Source of the DNA: Kiritimatiellia bacterium
GTDB taxonomy: Bacteria > Verrucomicrobiota > Kiritimatiellia > JAAZAB01
Assembly (NCBI GenBank): GCA_050944835.1
Contig: JBMNRV010000006.1
Span: 30,999 to 94,998, forward strand
Length of the DNA stretch: 64,000 bases
Direction of reading: 5' to 3'
The position numbers and the translations under genes were made by a program. The notes below the pieces were generated by a model. The model worked only from the letters and a program-made list of their open reading frames with translations, had not been told where the DNA came from and did no database searches. Below are positions 9,011 to 16,692 of this stretch, piece after piece (the first letter of the stretch is position 1; every line of letters starts with the position of its first letter).

Positions 9011-9185
9011 TAAAAGGGATTAACCAAAAGGCACAAGGGAGGGCAGAGGTCGCACACGAAGGCACGGCAGAGAAGAACCACCGGATGCACCTGATAGGCA
9101 CGGATTTTTAGATTGCTGTCTCCTACTTCATCCCTCATCCTTCATCCTTTATATATGCGCCCTTGATCCCATATCCAGGACACTA

Positions 9186-9228
9186 TGCCAAGCAAAATCA
9201 CAAAAAAACTTGACTGACCCCTATTTCT
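9186..9228. repeat. 45 nt dispersed element CC(A)AGCAAAATCACAARAAAACTTGACTGACCCCTATTT; other copies at 9868-9912, 10668-10765 (with three tandem CTTGACTGACCCCTATTTCC tails) and 43598-43640
   Basis: Four copies, all in the same orientation. In the copies at the 3' ends of the 9221-9859 and 10758-11351 ORFs, the CCCCTATTTC tail supplies the TAG stop codon (read on the minus strand). Confidence 0.8.
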
Positions 9229-9859
9229 CACTCGGCTGGCTATGCCAGTTGACCGTGCCGGTACTCCAGAAGCTGTCCCCTGTCAAATTTAATACTATGT
9301 TGCTTGCCTGCTGGCAGACATATTGCTCTGTCTGCTGAATATCCACCTTCAGCGCTGTCACTCGGGCCGTTACTGTGTTCCCACATTCGGCCAGCACCGT
9401 ATTGCTGCCGGGCTGATGAAACACCGCTACTGCTGTCCCGCCTGTACCAGCAGTCGCACCGGCCCAAGTCGGTTTGCCAGATGGCCAGTCGGGCGCAGGT
9501 TCCGGAAGGGCACGGAAATGTACATTGCTGCCGACGGGGACATAAAGCGGATTGGGCACCCCAGACCAACTGCCCTCTCCAAAGCGATATTCAATTTGTC
9601 TAACTTTAACAAACCTGACCGGAGCTTGCGCCGATTTCCCGACTTTGGCGCAAAAGGCCTCCACATTACGCAGGCACGCTTGCTGGGAGGTGACATAGAC
9701 ACGGAATACGTTCTGGTACGTCCCGTTACACCTTAAAACGGCAGTTGGCAAGTTTGCTGTCGCAAATGCGCCTGGGAAGAACCACGTACGAGCAGTAGAA
9801 ACCGGATGCACCTGATAGGCACGGATTTTTAGGTTGCTGTCTCCTGCTTCATCCTTCAT
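9221..9859 (-). CDS. Ig-like/PKD-like domain protein fragment, possibly a pseudogene
   Basis: The first ~20 codons of this 212 aa ORF (MKDEAGDSNLKIRAYQVHP) are encoded by a dispersed repeat (copy at 9070-9150). The last codons and stop come from the 45 nt element. The interior is an Ig-like beta-rich sequence ending TGTVNWHSQP. The same 19 nt (ACGGTCAACTGGCATAGCC) opens the ORF at 11354-12418. Confidence 0.4.
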   Translation of the reverse strand: MKDEAGDSNLKIRAYQVHPVSTARTWFFPGAFATANLPTAVLRCNGTYQNVFRVYVTSQQACLRNVEAFCAKVGKSAQAPVRFVKVRQIEYRFGEGSWSGVPNPLYVPVGSNVHFRALPEPAPDWPSGKPTWAGATAGTGGTAVAVFHQPGSNTVLAECGNTVTARVTALKVDIQQTEQYVCQQASNIVLNLTGDSFWSTGTVNWHSQPSEK

Positions 9860-9930
9860 CCTTCATCCATTATGCCAAGCAAAATCACAAAAAAACTTGA
9901 CTGACCCCTATTCTCCGGAAGCAGCGTAAA

Positions 9931-10530
9931 CTATCGGGGAGCCCCGAATTTGGACTTATTCGCCTGCCACCACTTCCGCCAAACCAATACATCTTCCTCT
10001 GTGTAAAACTTTTTGTCCCTCCCAATAGGCGGAACAGGTGGGTTGTCAATAAGATGTGACAAAGCAATGGCAGCCTGTTCACTCGGCGATCCAAACACTA
10101 TATCGCCTTGTGGTTGAGAACCTTGTGGCATCTCGTTGATTTTCACCACCCTGTAACCATTGGTATCACTTAACAATTCGGCAAGCCCGCAAATCATATC
10201 TTCCCCGCCAATAGATTTTGCCATTTCAATCGCTTCCGATTGGCGGACAGGATCTTCATCTTTCAGTTCCATCCTGATCATCTTCCGCTCTGTCTCATCG
10301 CCACTTCGCGCGACTTCAATCCGAAGCTTCTTGATGAGACCAAGGTTCTCCTGTCCACTGCCGCGTTTTGCCATTTCTGTCTCAAGCTGAATATGTGCTT
10401 CGGAACGTTCCATGGCGCTCTTTTCGCCTCCGTATGATTGTCCTATCAAGAACAGCAAGACAGCACAAAAGGAAATTCCTTTGACAACAGAAGCGAATCG
10501 TTGGTTTCTCATAAATGCACCTTTTTTCAT
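9931..10530 (-). CDS. Secreted hypothetical protein (signal peptide)
   Basis: The 199 aa ORF has an N-terminal signal peptide (MKKGAFMRNQRFASVVKGISFCAVLLFLIGQSYG) and a charged helical body. Local GC is lower than in surrounding genes. Confidence 0.55.
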   Translation of the reverse strand: MKKGAFMRNQRFASVVKGISFCAVLLFLIGQSYGGEKSAMERSEAHIQLETEMAKRGSGQENLGLIKKLRIEVARSGDETERKMIRMELKDEDPVRQSEAIEMAKSIGGEDMICGLAELLSDTNGYRVVKINEMPQGSQPQGDIVFGSPSEQAAIALSHLIDNPPVPPIGRDKKFYTEEDVLVWRKWWQANKSKFGAPR

Positions 10531-10757
10531 GGGTTAACGGTGTCCCAATCGTACTTGAGAACACGGCAAGGATTTGATGGCAGCCCAGCCTGATACATGA
10601 CGTCCAAAACGTCGGAATTCTCACCACTCCTTTATATATCAGCACCCTTAACCCGATTTCCAAAACACCACGCCAAGCAAAATCACAAGAAAACTTGACT
10701 GACCCCTATTTCCTGCTTGACTGACCCCTATTTCCTGCTATTTCCACCTCCTGACCC

Positions 10758-11351
10758 CTATTTCCTCTTGACGATGTAAGCTGGGTGCTTTGCTCTGGCC
10801 GGTTGAGTTCTATTTCTAAACAGAGCTTCTCCGTTTTGGGTGATGCCAAACTCACAGTCGAGAGATTCAGCAAGCAGCACATAGATATCAAGAACTGAGG
10901 CATTCGTTAATGTGCATGACAGTTTGTTGCTGCCAACTTGTAGATCCTTAAGCCAGGGGGGATCTGGCTCACTGTCCTGATGCTCAGAGACAAGACCCAA
11001 ACGGATCATGTTCTTTTGCTTAGGCCTTCTAACTAGAAAACGGATTACATCTTTGGGGTCAACTGCGGAGAACTCGAATCGCGGCACTACACGCGTAGCC
11101 ATGTACTCAAGGTTCGCTCTGACGGTCGCAGGCAAGCGATCAAGAGCGATATCCGTACCCTCAAGGGAAGCTGCACCGATCCTTTCGGAAAAGGACTCGC
11201 CCGGTTGCCATACAGAAAGCTGCTCTTGCTTGATAACCACAACCTCTCCCTCCACCCGCCCACATGAATCCGCCGGTGAAGACAAGACTGCGGTATGCAG
11301 GCTTAATAAAACCGCAGCACACAATGTCGTACATTTCAGATAACGTTTCAT
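10758..11351 (-). CDS. Small secreted protein, a candidate immunity/partner protein for the upstream NlpC/P60-like protein
   Basis: The 197 aa ORF has a signal peptide (MKRYLKCTTLCAAVLLSLHTAVLS). Its start lies 2 nt after the stop of the 11354-12418 ORF, so the two are translationally coupled. Its stop codon is supplied by the 45 nt element. Confidence 0.5.
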   Translation of the reverse strand: MKRYLKCTTLCAAVLLSLHTAVLSSPADSCGRVEGEVVVIKQEQLSVWQPGESFSERIGAASLEGTDIALDRLPATVRANLEYMATRVVPRFEFSAVDPKDVIRFLVRRPKQKNMIRLGLVSEHQDSEPDPPWLKDLQVGSNKLSCTLTNASVLDIYVLLAESLDCEFGITQNGEALFRNRTQPARAKHPAYIVKRK

Positions 11352-11353
11352 AA

Positions 11354-12418
11354 TTATTTCCTATGTACTTTAATTCTGTTAATCAGTTTGCCCGCACCTG
11401 GGTACATACTCTGGTAGCCAGCGTTAAGCTGGTCATAATATATCTCGGAACTCGTCGTATACCAACGCCAAGACCCGCCCTCCCAAGTCGCACTGTGGCC
11501 GTATCCATCGCTCCGGCCGAACACCCCATATACAGGTTCGTTGTTTGCTCCGTACATCTGGGATGCAGACCCCATACATGTATGGGCATGCTGCATAATC
11601 TCGCTGCCCGTCCCTGAATCATAGGTATAGAAACTGACAAAATCCCCTCGTCTCAGGTTTGCGACTGCCGTGGACCAAGGAATGGGGTCGTTGTAAGTCG
11701 TGACGGTGAACCCGGATGACGGAACAGTCGTCGCGTACCCATCCTTGGTTCCGTCGTAAGCATGCCACACGGAACCGAAGCAGTTCCAACTATGGAGAAG
11801 CTTCCAATTCTGGCCATACCGGGAATAACTCCAGTAATAGACATACGTATTTGCTCCGCAGTCAATACCGGTGCCCCAGTTCTGGTAATCACGCTCAAGA
11901 TGATCCCGGTAGACTTCCAGTGTGCGGGTCTGAAGACATGCGTCACTGCCAGAAACAGGGCGAAGCTCCAGATCGACTGTCGTCATAGTCGTTGGAATGG
12001 GTGTTCCATTCGGGACATAGGTAGGTGTCTCGTCAGTTGGATTATTGAGCGTTCCCTTACTCACAGACCAGTTGTACCCGGCAGGCGGAATCGGTTCTAC
12101 GAGGCCACTAATGGGCTGTGTCGCGTGATACGCGACGACCTCGTTGTCCACATGAACGAACTGCCACTCAAAACAGGAAGGATTAAGCCGGAAGCGAGAA
12201 TCATCCGCTTCAACAGATTGGAGTGGTAAACCATCCGGTTCTTCAATCTCCACCTTCACAACAGTCACCGTGCATGTGTCGAAGCAATTGGTGTTCAGGG
12301 AGGCGGATGCGACAACTGTATAAGTTGTCGGAGCTAAACTGCTGGGATCAAACGTAATGTTGGTCCCAGTCCCGGAAATGCCGGTCGGTTGGCTATGCCA
12401 GTTGACCGTATGGCGCAT
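11354..12418 (-). CDS. Ig-like domain + NlpC/P60 (CHAP-like) papain-fold hydrolase domain protein
   Basis: The 354 aa ORF has an N-terminal Ig-like segment (TVNWHSQPTGISGTGTNITFDPSSLAPTTYTVVASAS...CTVTVVKV). The C-terminal region has a DC-G cysteine motif (GIDCGANTYVYY) followed by GDFVSFYTY...HAHTCMG. This matches the Cys...GD-hydrophobic...H arrangement of NlpC/P60 amidases. Confidence 0.55.
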   Translation of the reverse strand: MRHTVNWHSQPTGISGTGTNITFDPSSLAPTTYTVVASASLNTNCFDTCTVTVVKVEIEEPDGLPLQSVEADDSRFRLNPSCFEWQFVHVDNEVVAYHATQPISGLVEPIPPAGYNWSVSKGTLNNPTDETPTYVPNGTPIPTTMTTVDLELRPVSGSDACLQTRTLEVYRDHLERDYQNWGTGIDCGANTYVYYWSYSRYGQNWKLLHSWNCFGSVWHAYDGTKDGYATTVPSSGFTVTTYNDPIPWSTAVANLRRGDFVSFYTYDSGTGSEIMQHAHTCMGSASQMYGANNEPVYGVFGRSDGYGHSATWEGGSWRWYTTSSEIYYDQLNAGYQSMYPGAGKLINRIKVHRK

Positions 12419-12684
12419 AGGATTTTACCCCCTAGCGGTTGTTAAGATTATGTCTTTATATCCGAATGATGCGCTGTCCTGCAAGAAAAAAGAGGAATAA
12501 AGGCAAGAACCACGGATAGTGCGGGGACGCAGAGCGGAAGGGACGGCAGTGACGAAAGGGAGTGCGAGCCTTTCCTCTTTTCTCCTCTGTCCTTGGCGTC
12601 TTGGCGGTTAAGTCCTATCCCTTCTTGTGCTTCTTGTGCCTCTTTGTGGCTAACTCTCCCGTCAGCGCTGGCAGGCAACGACCC

Positions 12685-13188
12685 TCAATCCCGTTCCAAC
12701 GACTCCAGGCGCAAAGTAACCCGCCCGTGTCCCGCCCGTTGTGTAGAGGCTTCGATTTTGCACGCGCAAAGCGTCCAAGGCGGACGTTGTCCGGCGGCGG
12801 CATTCAACAAGGCGCCGACTGCTTCCAAATCCACTTCGCCGTATTGCATTTCCATCTGACGCGCCTGCCAGCCGTCCGGCAATGCCCGGACGCCGCGATC
12901 CAGCACTTCCGGACGCGCGTCAGGCGTACACTCAATCGCCAGCCGCGTCAATGGCGCCGGGCGCACGGGATGCGGCAACTCACGCAAAACAGCCAGCCGG
13001 CTATGCGCCGCCTGCTGCGCCGCTTCCACCGCGCGTAATTGTTCCCAGACCACCGTCTGCTTCCGCATCGCTTCCGCCCATTTTGGAGCCATGACGGCAT
13101 TATGGGCGGTCCATAACAGCCCGGCGGCCAAAACCACAACCGCGGCCAACCAAACCCAAATATTCACATTGTGCAATATCTTTTGCAT
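12685..13188 (-). CDS. gspM: Type II secretion system protein M-like (bitopic inner-membrane protein)
   Basis: The 167 aa ORF has an N-terminal TM helix (NIWVWLAAVVVLAAGLLW) and a periplasmic domain. It lies downstream of the GspL-like and GspK-like genes on the same strand. Confidence 0.5.
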   Translation of the reverse strand: MQKILHNVNIWVWLAAVVVLAAGLLWTAHNAVMAPKWAEAMRKQTVVWEQLRAVEAAQQAAHSRLAVLRELPHPVRPAPLTRLAIECTPDARPEVLDRGVRALPDGWQARQMEMQYGEVDLEAVGALLNAAAGQRPPWTLCACKIEASTQRAGHGRVTLRLESLERD

Positions 13189-13242
13189 TTTCGTGGCTAA
13201 TCCTATTCTTCCTTTTGGCGCAATCTATCCAACATGTCCGGC

Positions 13243-13285
13243 GGATCGGGCTGATCAGTCTGATCAGTCCGATCAGTCTGATCAA
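13243..13285. repeat. Tandem 9-mers (GATCAGTCY) embedded in a ~90 nt dispersed element; other copies at 4803-4830, 13531-13574 and 16271-16313
   Basis: Each copy is 3-4 units of GATCAGTCC/GATCAGTCT/GATCAGACC, flanked by conserved GGATCGG on one side and AGAAGAATTCTAA/GAAAATTCCAATGAACCC on the other. Confidence 0.85.
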
Positions 13286-13329
13286 GAAAATTCTAATGAA
13301 CCCCTCTTGTGCTTCTTCTTCGTGGCTAA

Positions 13330-13490
13330 ATCCTCCGCCCCTATGTCACGCCCCTTAAGGGTTGGTGTTGAGGGTGCGCTCTCTACCCAGGGCGTTGCCC
13401 TGGAATGCTTGCCCGCAATGGCGGGGGTATGTCGCGCCCCTTCGGGGCTCCCCTCCGCCATCTGCGCCCATCTGCGGTTATCTGCGGTTT
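13330..13490. repeat. ~130 nt structured dispersed repeat module; other copies at 15088-15235 and 21855-21990, partial copies at 16340-16450 and 43770-43815
   Basis: The shared sequence is CCGCCCCTATGTCACGCCCCTTAAGGGCTGGTGTTGAGGGTGCGC..CTACCCAGGGCGTTGCCCTGG....TATGTCGCGCCCCTTCGGGGCTCCCC.CCGCCATCTGCGCCCATCTGCG. It contains three short hairpins: GCCCC-TTAA-GGGC, CCAGGGC-GTT-GCCCTGG, and GCCCC-TTCG-GGGGC (a UUCG tetraloop). Confidence 0.8.
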
Positions 13491-13651
13491 ATTTTCCCAT
13501 CTGTTCTCTCTTGTGTGGCTAATCTTCCGGCGGATCGGGCTGATCAGTCCGATCAGTCCGATCAGTCTGATCAGAAGAATTTTAATATCCCCTCTTGTGC
13601 TTCTTGTGCCTCTTTGTGGCTAAATCCTCCGCCACCTTGGCGGTTCATCGT

Positions 13652-15070
13652 TCACTCGCGCCATTGGCCGTTGATCACGCAGACGGCGCGGCCATCCTCC
13701 AGCGCTGGTTGAGTTTCAGTTGTCGTGTCATATCCCAAGCCGCGCAGCCGATGCGCCAAGGCCTCAAACCGGCTCCAATCCGTTGCCGTACATCTGAGTG
13801 TGAACTGGCGGTCATCCGCCTCCAAAACCTGATACGCGATGCCATCGGCCGCACCGGCTTCCATTAATTGTCCGATACGCCGATGCAAATCCGCGGATAG
13901 CGCGGCATTTAATCCCATTGTTGCTTGCTGTTCGCTTTCCCAGGCGCGGCGCGCCTCTTCCACTTCCCGCCCGTATGGAATCCGCGCATCCGGCGCCAAC
14001 TGCGCCGCCAAGGCGGCCGTCGCATCGCGCATGGATTGCAGACGGTATGCCGCAGAAGTCTGCCAGATAAAATTGCCTGCCAGCAGCAGGCATCCCGCCG
14101 CCGCCGCTATGTAAGCCGCCCGGCGCGTTGCGCGCCGCCGCCAGCCTTGCACTGCCGGGTGCAGCAATGGGCCCGCGCGCAAGTTGCACCGCCACGCTCC
14201 GGATGTCAACGCCCTGCCCGCCAAGGCGCGCGCCAATATTCCCTCCGCACCCGCCGGACGTGACAACCGTCCCGGCCAACGCTCAGGCAACTTCCGCGCT
14301 AATTCATCCGCCAACCGCACCGGTGCGCCGGCGCCGGCATACAGCACCCAGTGCAATTGCCGGTCGTGATTAGCCTGCGCATATAAAATCCGCTCTAACC
14401 GGCTGAACAGGGTTTCCAAGCGTTCACTTTCCGCGCCGGCAGCCGCTTCCCAGGGCAGAGTATGCGCCTGATGAAAATCCTCGCCGTAGCCGGTAGCAAC
14501 CGTCAAGTGATTCGCTTGCAGATACACCAGCGCCCGCATTTCATCGGGCAATGTTGGAGTTTCCAGCAGACTCTGTGTCCATAACGCCAGACCGGCATGA
14601 TCCAGAAAAACCGGGTCCCACCCCGCGGCGCGGTAACGCTCCAACTGCGCTTCCACAACTTTTGCGCGCGCCGCCACTGCCAGCGCCTGTAACTTGCCAT
14701 CGGCAGTGCGCCGCGCCGCCGTAAACCCGTACTGGCAATCCTCAAGCGCAAATGGTAATTGCGCATCCAATAGCGCCGGTAAAACCCGGCGGGTTTTCGT
14801 CCAAGCCTCGAATGGGGCGTCCAGCCAAACGGTCAAACTATCACTTACCGCCAGACAGCCGGCCACCGGCAGGCGCGTATTCTCCGCCGCGGCGGATGCT
14901 GCCGAGAGAGTTTCATAATGCAGTTGGCCGCGCCAATCCCGGTGCGCTTTCACGCAGACCGGGCCGTCTGGCCCAAGTTCCACCCCCAGACATTCCCGCA
15001 TTGGCATAGCTGGCGCACGGCAGAATTCATCATTCAAACCGCGTGATACCTTTGTCCCCTTTTTTTGCAT
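13652..15070 (-). CDS. gspL: Type II secretion system protein L-like
   Basis: The 472 aa ORF has a cytoplasmic actin-like N-domain, one TM helix (AAYIAAAAGCLLLAGNFIW) and a periplasmic C-domain. It sits between the GspK-like and GspM-like genes. Confidence 0.6.
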   Translation of the reverse strand: MQKKGTKVSRGLNDEFCRAPAMPMRECLGVELGPDGPVCVKAHRDWRGQLHYETLSAASAAAENTRLPVAGCLAVSDSLTVWLDAPFEAWTKTRRVLPALLDAQLPFALEDCQYGFTAARRTADGKLQALAVAARAKVVEAQLERYRAAGWDPVFLDHAGLALWTQSLLETPTLPDEMRALVYLQANHLTVATGYGEDFHQAHTLPWEAAAGAESERLETLFSRLERILYAQANHDRQLHWVLYAGAGAPVRLADELARKLPERWPGRLSRPAGAEGILARALAGRALTSGAWRCNLRAGPLLHPAVQGWRRRATRRAAYIAAAAGCLLLAGNFIWQTSAAYRLQSMRDATAALAAQLAPDARIPYGREVEEARRAWESEQQATMGLNAALSADLHRRIGQLMEAGAADGIAYQVLEADDRQFTLRCTATDWSRFEALAHRLRGLGYDTTTETQPALEDGRAVCVINGQWRE

Positions 15071-15082
15071 CTTTGTGGCTAA
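15071..15082 (-). promoter_or_regulatory. TTAGCCACAAAG dodecamer directly abutting the ATG of the gspL-like gene; about 20 copies in the window
   Basis: On the minus strand the sequence reads GGAATTAGCCACAAAG ATG CAA AAA AAG. The same or near-identical 12-mer (as CTTTGTGGCTAA on the plus strand) is at 4759, 4859, 4981, 12642, 13188, 13318, 13609, 16227, 16332, 21845, 26438, 26568, 33206, 46078 and 54161. It is in the plus orientation at 7478 and 53696. Confidence 0.5.
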
Positions 15083-15321
15083 TTCCTCCGCCCCTATGTC
15101 ACGCCCCTATAAGGGCTGGTGTTGAGGGTGCGCCCTCTACCCAGGGCGTTGCCCTGGGCTAGGTATGTCGCGCCCCTTCGGGGCTCCCCTCCGCCATCTG
15201 CGCCCATCTGCGTTCATCTGCGGCTGCATTCTCTCATTTTCTTGGCGTTGGCGGTTAATCTTTTTCCCCTTTGTGTCTTTGTGGGATAATAAAGCGATTT
15301 TCTACGGGATGCTAGCGAAAT

Positions 15322-16227
15322 CTATTGGCACACCCATCGGCGCACCCTCCATTGCGCCTGCGCCGACGGATCGCGTTCCACCAGCGCCCAGACGCGCGCG
15401 ACGCCATCAGTCTGCTCAGCCTGCGCTTCTACGGCAAAATACAAGCTACGCACATCCAAGTAGCCCTCACAATCCCGGATGGCATCGTAATAGGTGAAAT
15501 TTTTCAAATTCTGGAATGGCTGAACATCGCGCCGACGGATGAGCGCCGCCGCCGCAAAAGCGCGGGTTTGCCCCAAGACACCCTGCAAAACCGGTTCCGG
15601 CGCGGTATTGACATTCACAGGCGTACAACCAGCATCGGATTTTGGCAGCACGCTGAATAATTCCGCCAAGCGTTCCGGCGCCACCTCCGGCGTCAGCGCC
15701 GCCAGATCCGCGGCGCTCTGCAAAACCGCGCCGGTCAACCCCGCAGGATGACTGACAAACCAATCCCGCCAGCGCTTGGCAACGGCTACCGGCGCCGGAC
15801 ATTGCGCGCCGGATAATAACTCCGCGGCAACCGCTTCCAGCGGGCGGGCGCTATCCGTGGGCGGCGCCGCCGCGCCCAGATTGTTGACATTGAATAAACT
15901 CGCGGCATCGCTGACTTGGACAAACAAGCGTGTGCCATCCGGCAGGGTTTCGCGCCGGGGCGCCGCCCAGGCGGCATTGGTATGAATAATGGTTACAGTA
16001 GCGGTTTCTTCCGCCAGCATTTGCAATGACTGCCAGGCAGCGTCACACGCCATGACACGCAGGCGCGCCTGTGTGCCGGCCCGCTGTTCCCGCGCCAACC
16101 GGCTGCGCGCCGCTATCTGAGCCTGCAAGGTCAAGGCTGCCAGCAGAGCCAGCAACATCAAAGTCACCGGTAAAACCATACCGGCATCAGAGGGCGCCCA
16201 GCGTTTCTGTTCTGTCGGCTTTTGCAT
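15322..16227 (-). CDS. gspK: Type II secretion system minor pseudopilin K-like
   Basis: The 301 aa ORF has an N-terminal prepilin-like hydrophobic segment (GMVLPVTLMLLALLAALTL). It also has the GspK-characteristic helix-hairpin-helix region NVNTAPEPVLQGV. Confidence 0.6.
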   Translation of the reverse strand: MQKPTEQKRWAPSDAGMVLPVTLMLLALLAALTLQAQIAARSRLAREQRAGTQARLRVMACDAAWQSLQMLAEETATVTIIHTNAAWAAPRRETLPDGTRLFVQVSDAASLFNVNNLGAAAPPTDSARPLEAVAAELLSGAQCPAPVAVAKRWRDWFVSHPAGLTGAVLQSAADLAALTPEVAPERLAELFSVLPKSDAGCTPVNVNTAPEPVLQGVLGQTRAFAAAALIRRRDVQPFQNLKNFTYYDAIRDCEGYLDVRSLYFAVEAQAEQTDGVARVWALVERDPSAQAQWRVRRWVCQ

Positions 16228-16692
16228 TGTGGCTAAATTCCTTGGCGCAATCTATCCAAGATGTCCGGTGGATCGGTCCGATCAGACCGATCAGACCGAT
16301 CAGTCTGATCAGGAAAATTCCAATGAACCCTCTTTGTGGCTAAACCCTCCGCGTCTATGTCACGCCCTTTCAGGGCTGTTTTCATGTTTTTCCGTTAATC
16401 CCAGGGCGTTGCCCTGGAATGCTTGCCCGCAATGGCGGGGATATGTCACGCCCTTTCAGGGCATTACTTCCACTCCTACATCCGTGTCAATCCGTGTGAA
16501 TCCGTGGTTCTTGCCCTTCGGTTCTCCTCTCTCATCTGCGTCAGTCTGCGCAATCTGCGGTTTAGCCTCCTCGTATCTCTGCATGATTCTCATCAGTGTC
16601 CATCAGTCTGCATCCGTGGTTCACTTTGTCGTTTCCTGAATTTCAAATGCCGTTTTAGTTTGCGCAAATAAGATTGACCACCGCCAAACGTT

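Noticed and set aside
9323-9736. 137 aa plus-strand ORF overlapping the Ig-like minus-strand ORF 9221-9859
   Set aside because: The minus-strand frame carries the TVNWHSQP junction shared with the 11354-12418 gene and Ig-like sequence features. The plus-strand frame has no features and is Cys/Arg-rich nonsense.
9186-10765. The 45 nt gene-end elements as integron attC sites
   Set aside because: I could not find the R''/L''...L'/R' inverted core sites (RYYYAAC...GTTRRRY) or an intI gene. It is kept as an open question in the findings rather than called.
13091-13712. ORFs 13091-13522(+), 13362-13712(+), 16229-16639(+), 53449-53823(+), 58454-58885(-), 58706-58891(+)
   Set aside because: All are confined to repeat-only intergenic spacers and have repetitive low-complexity translations.
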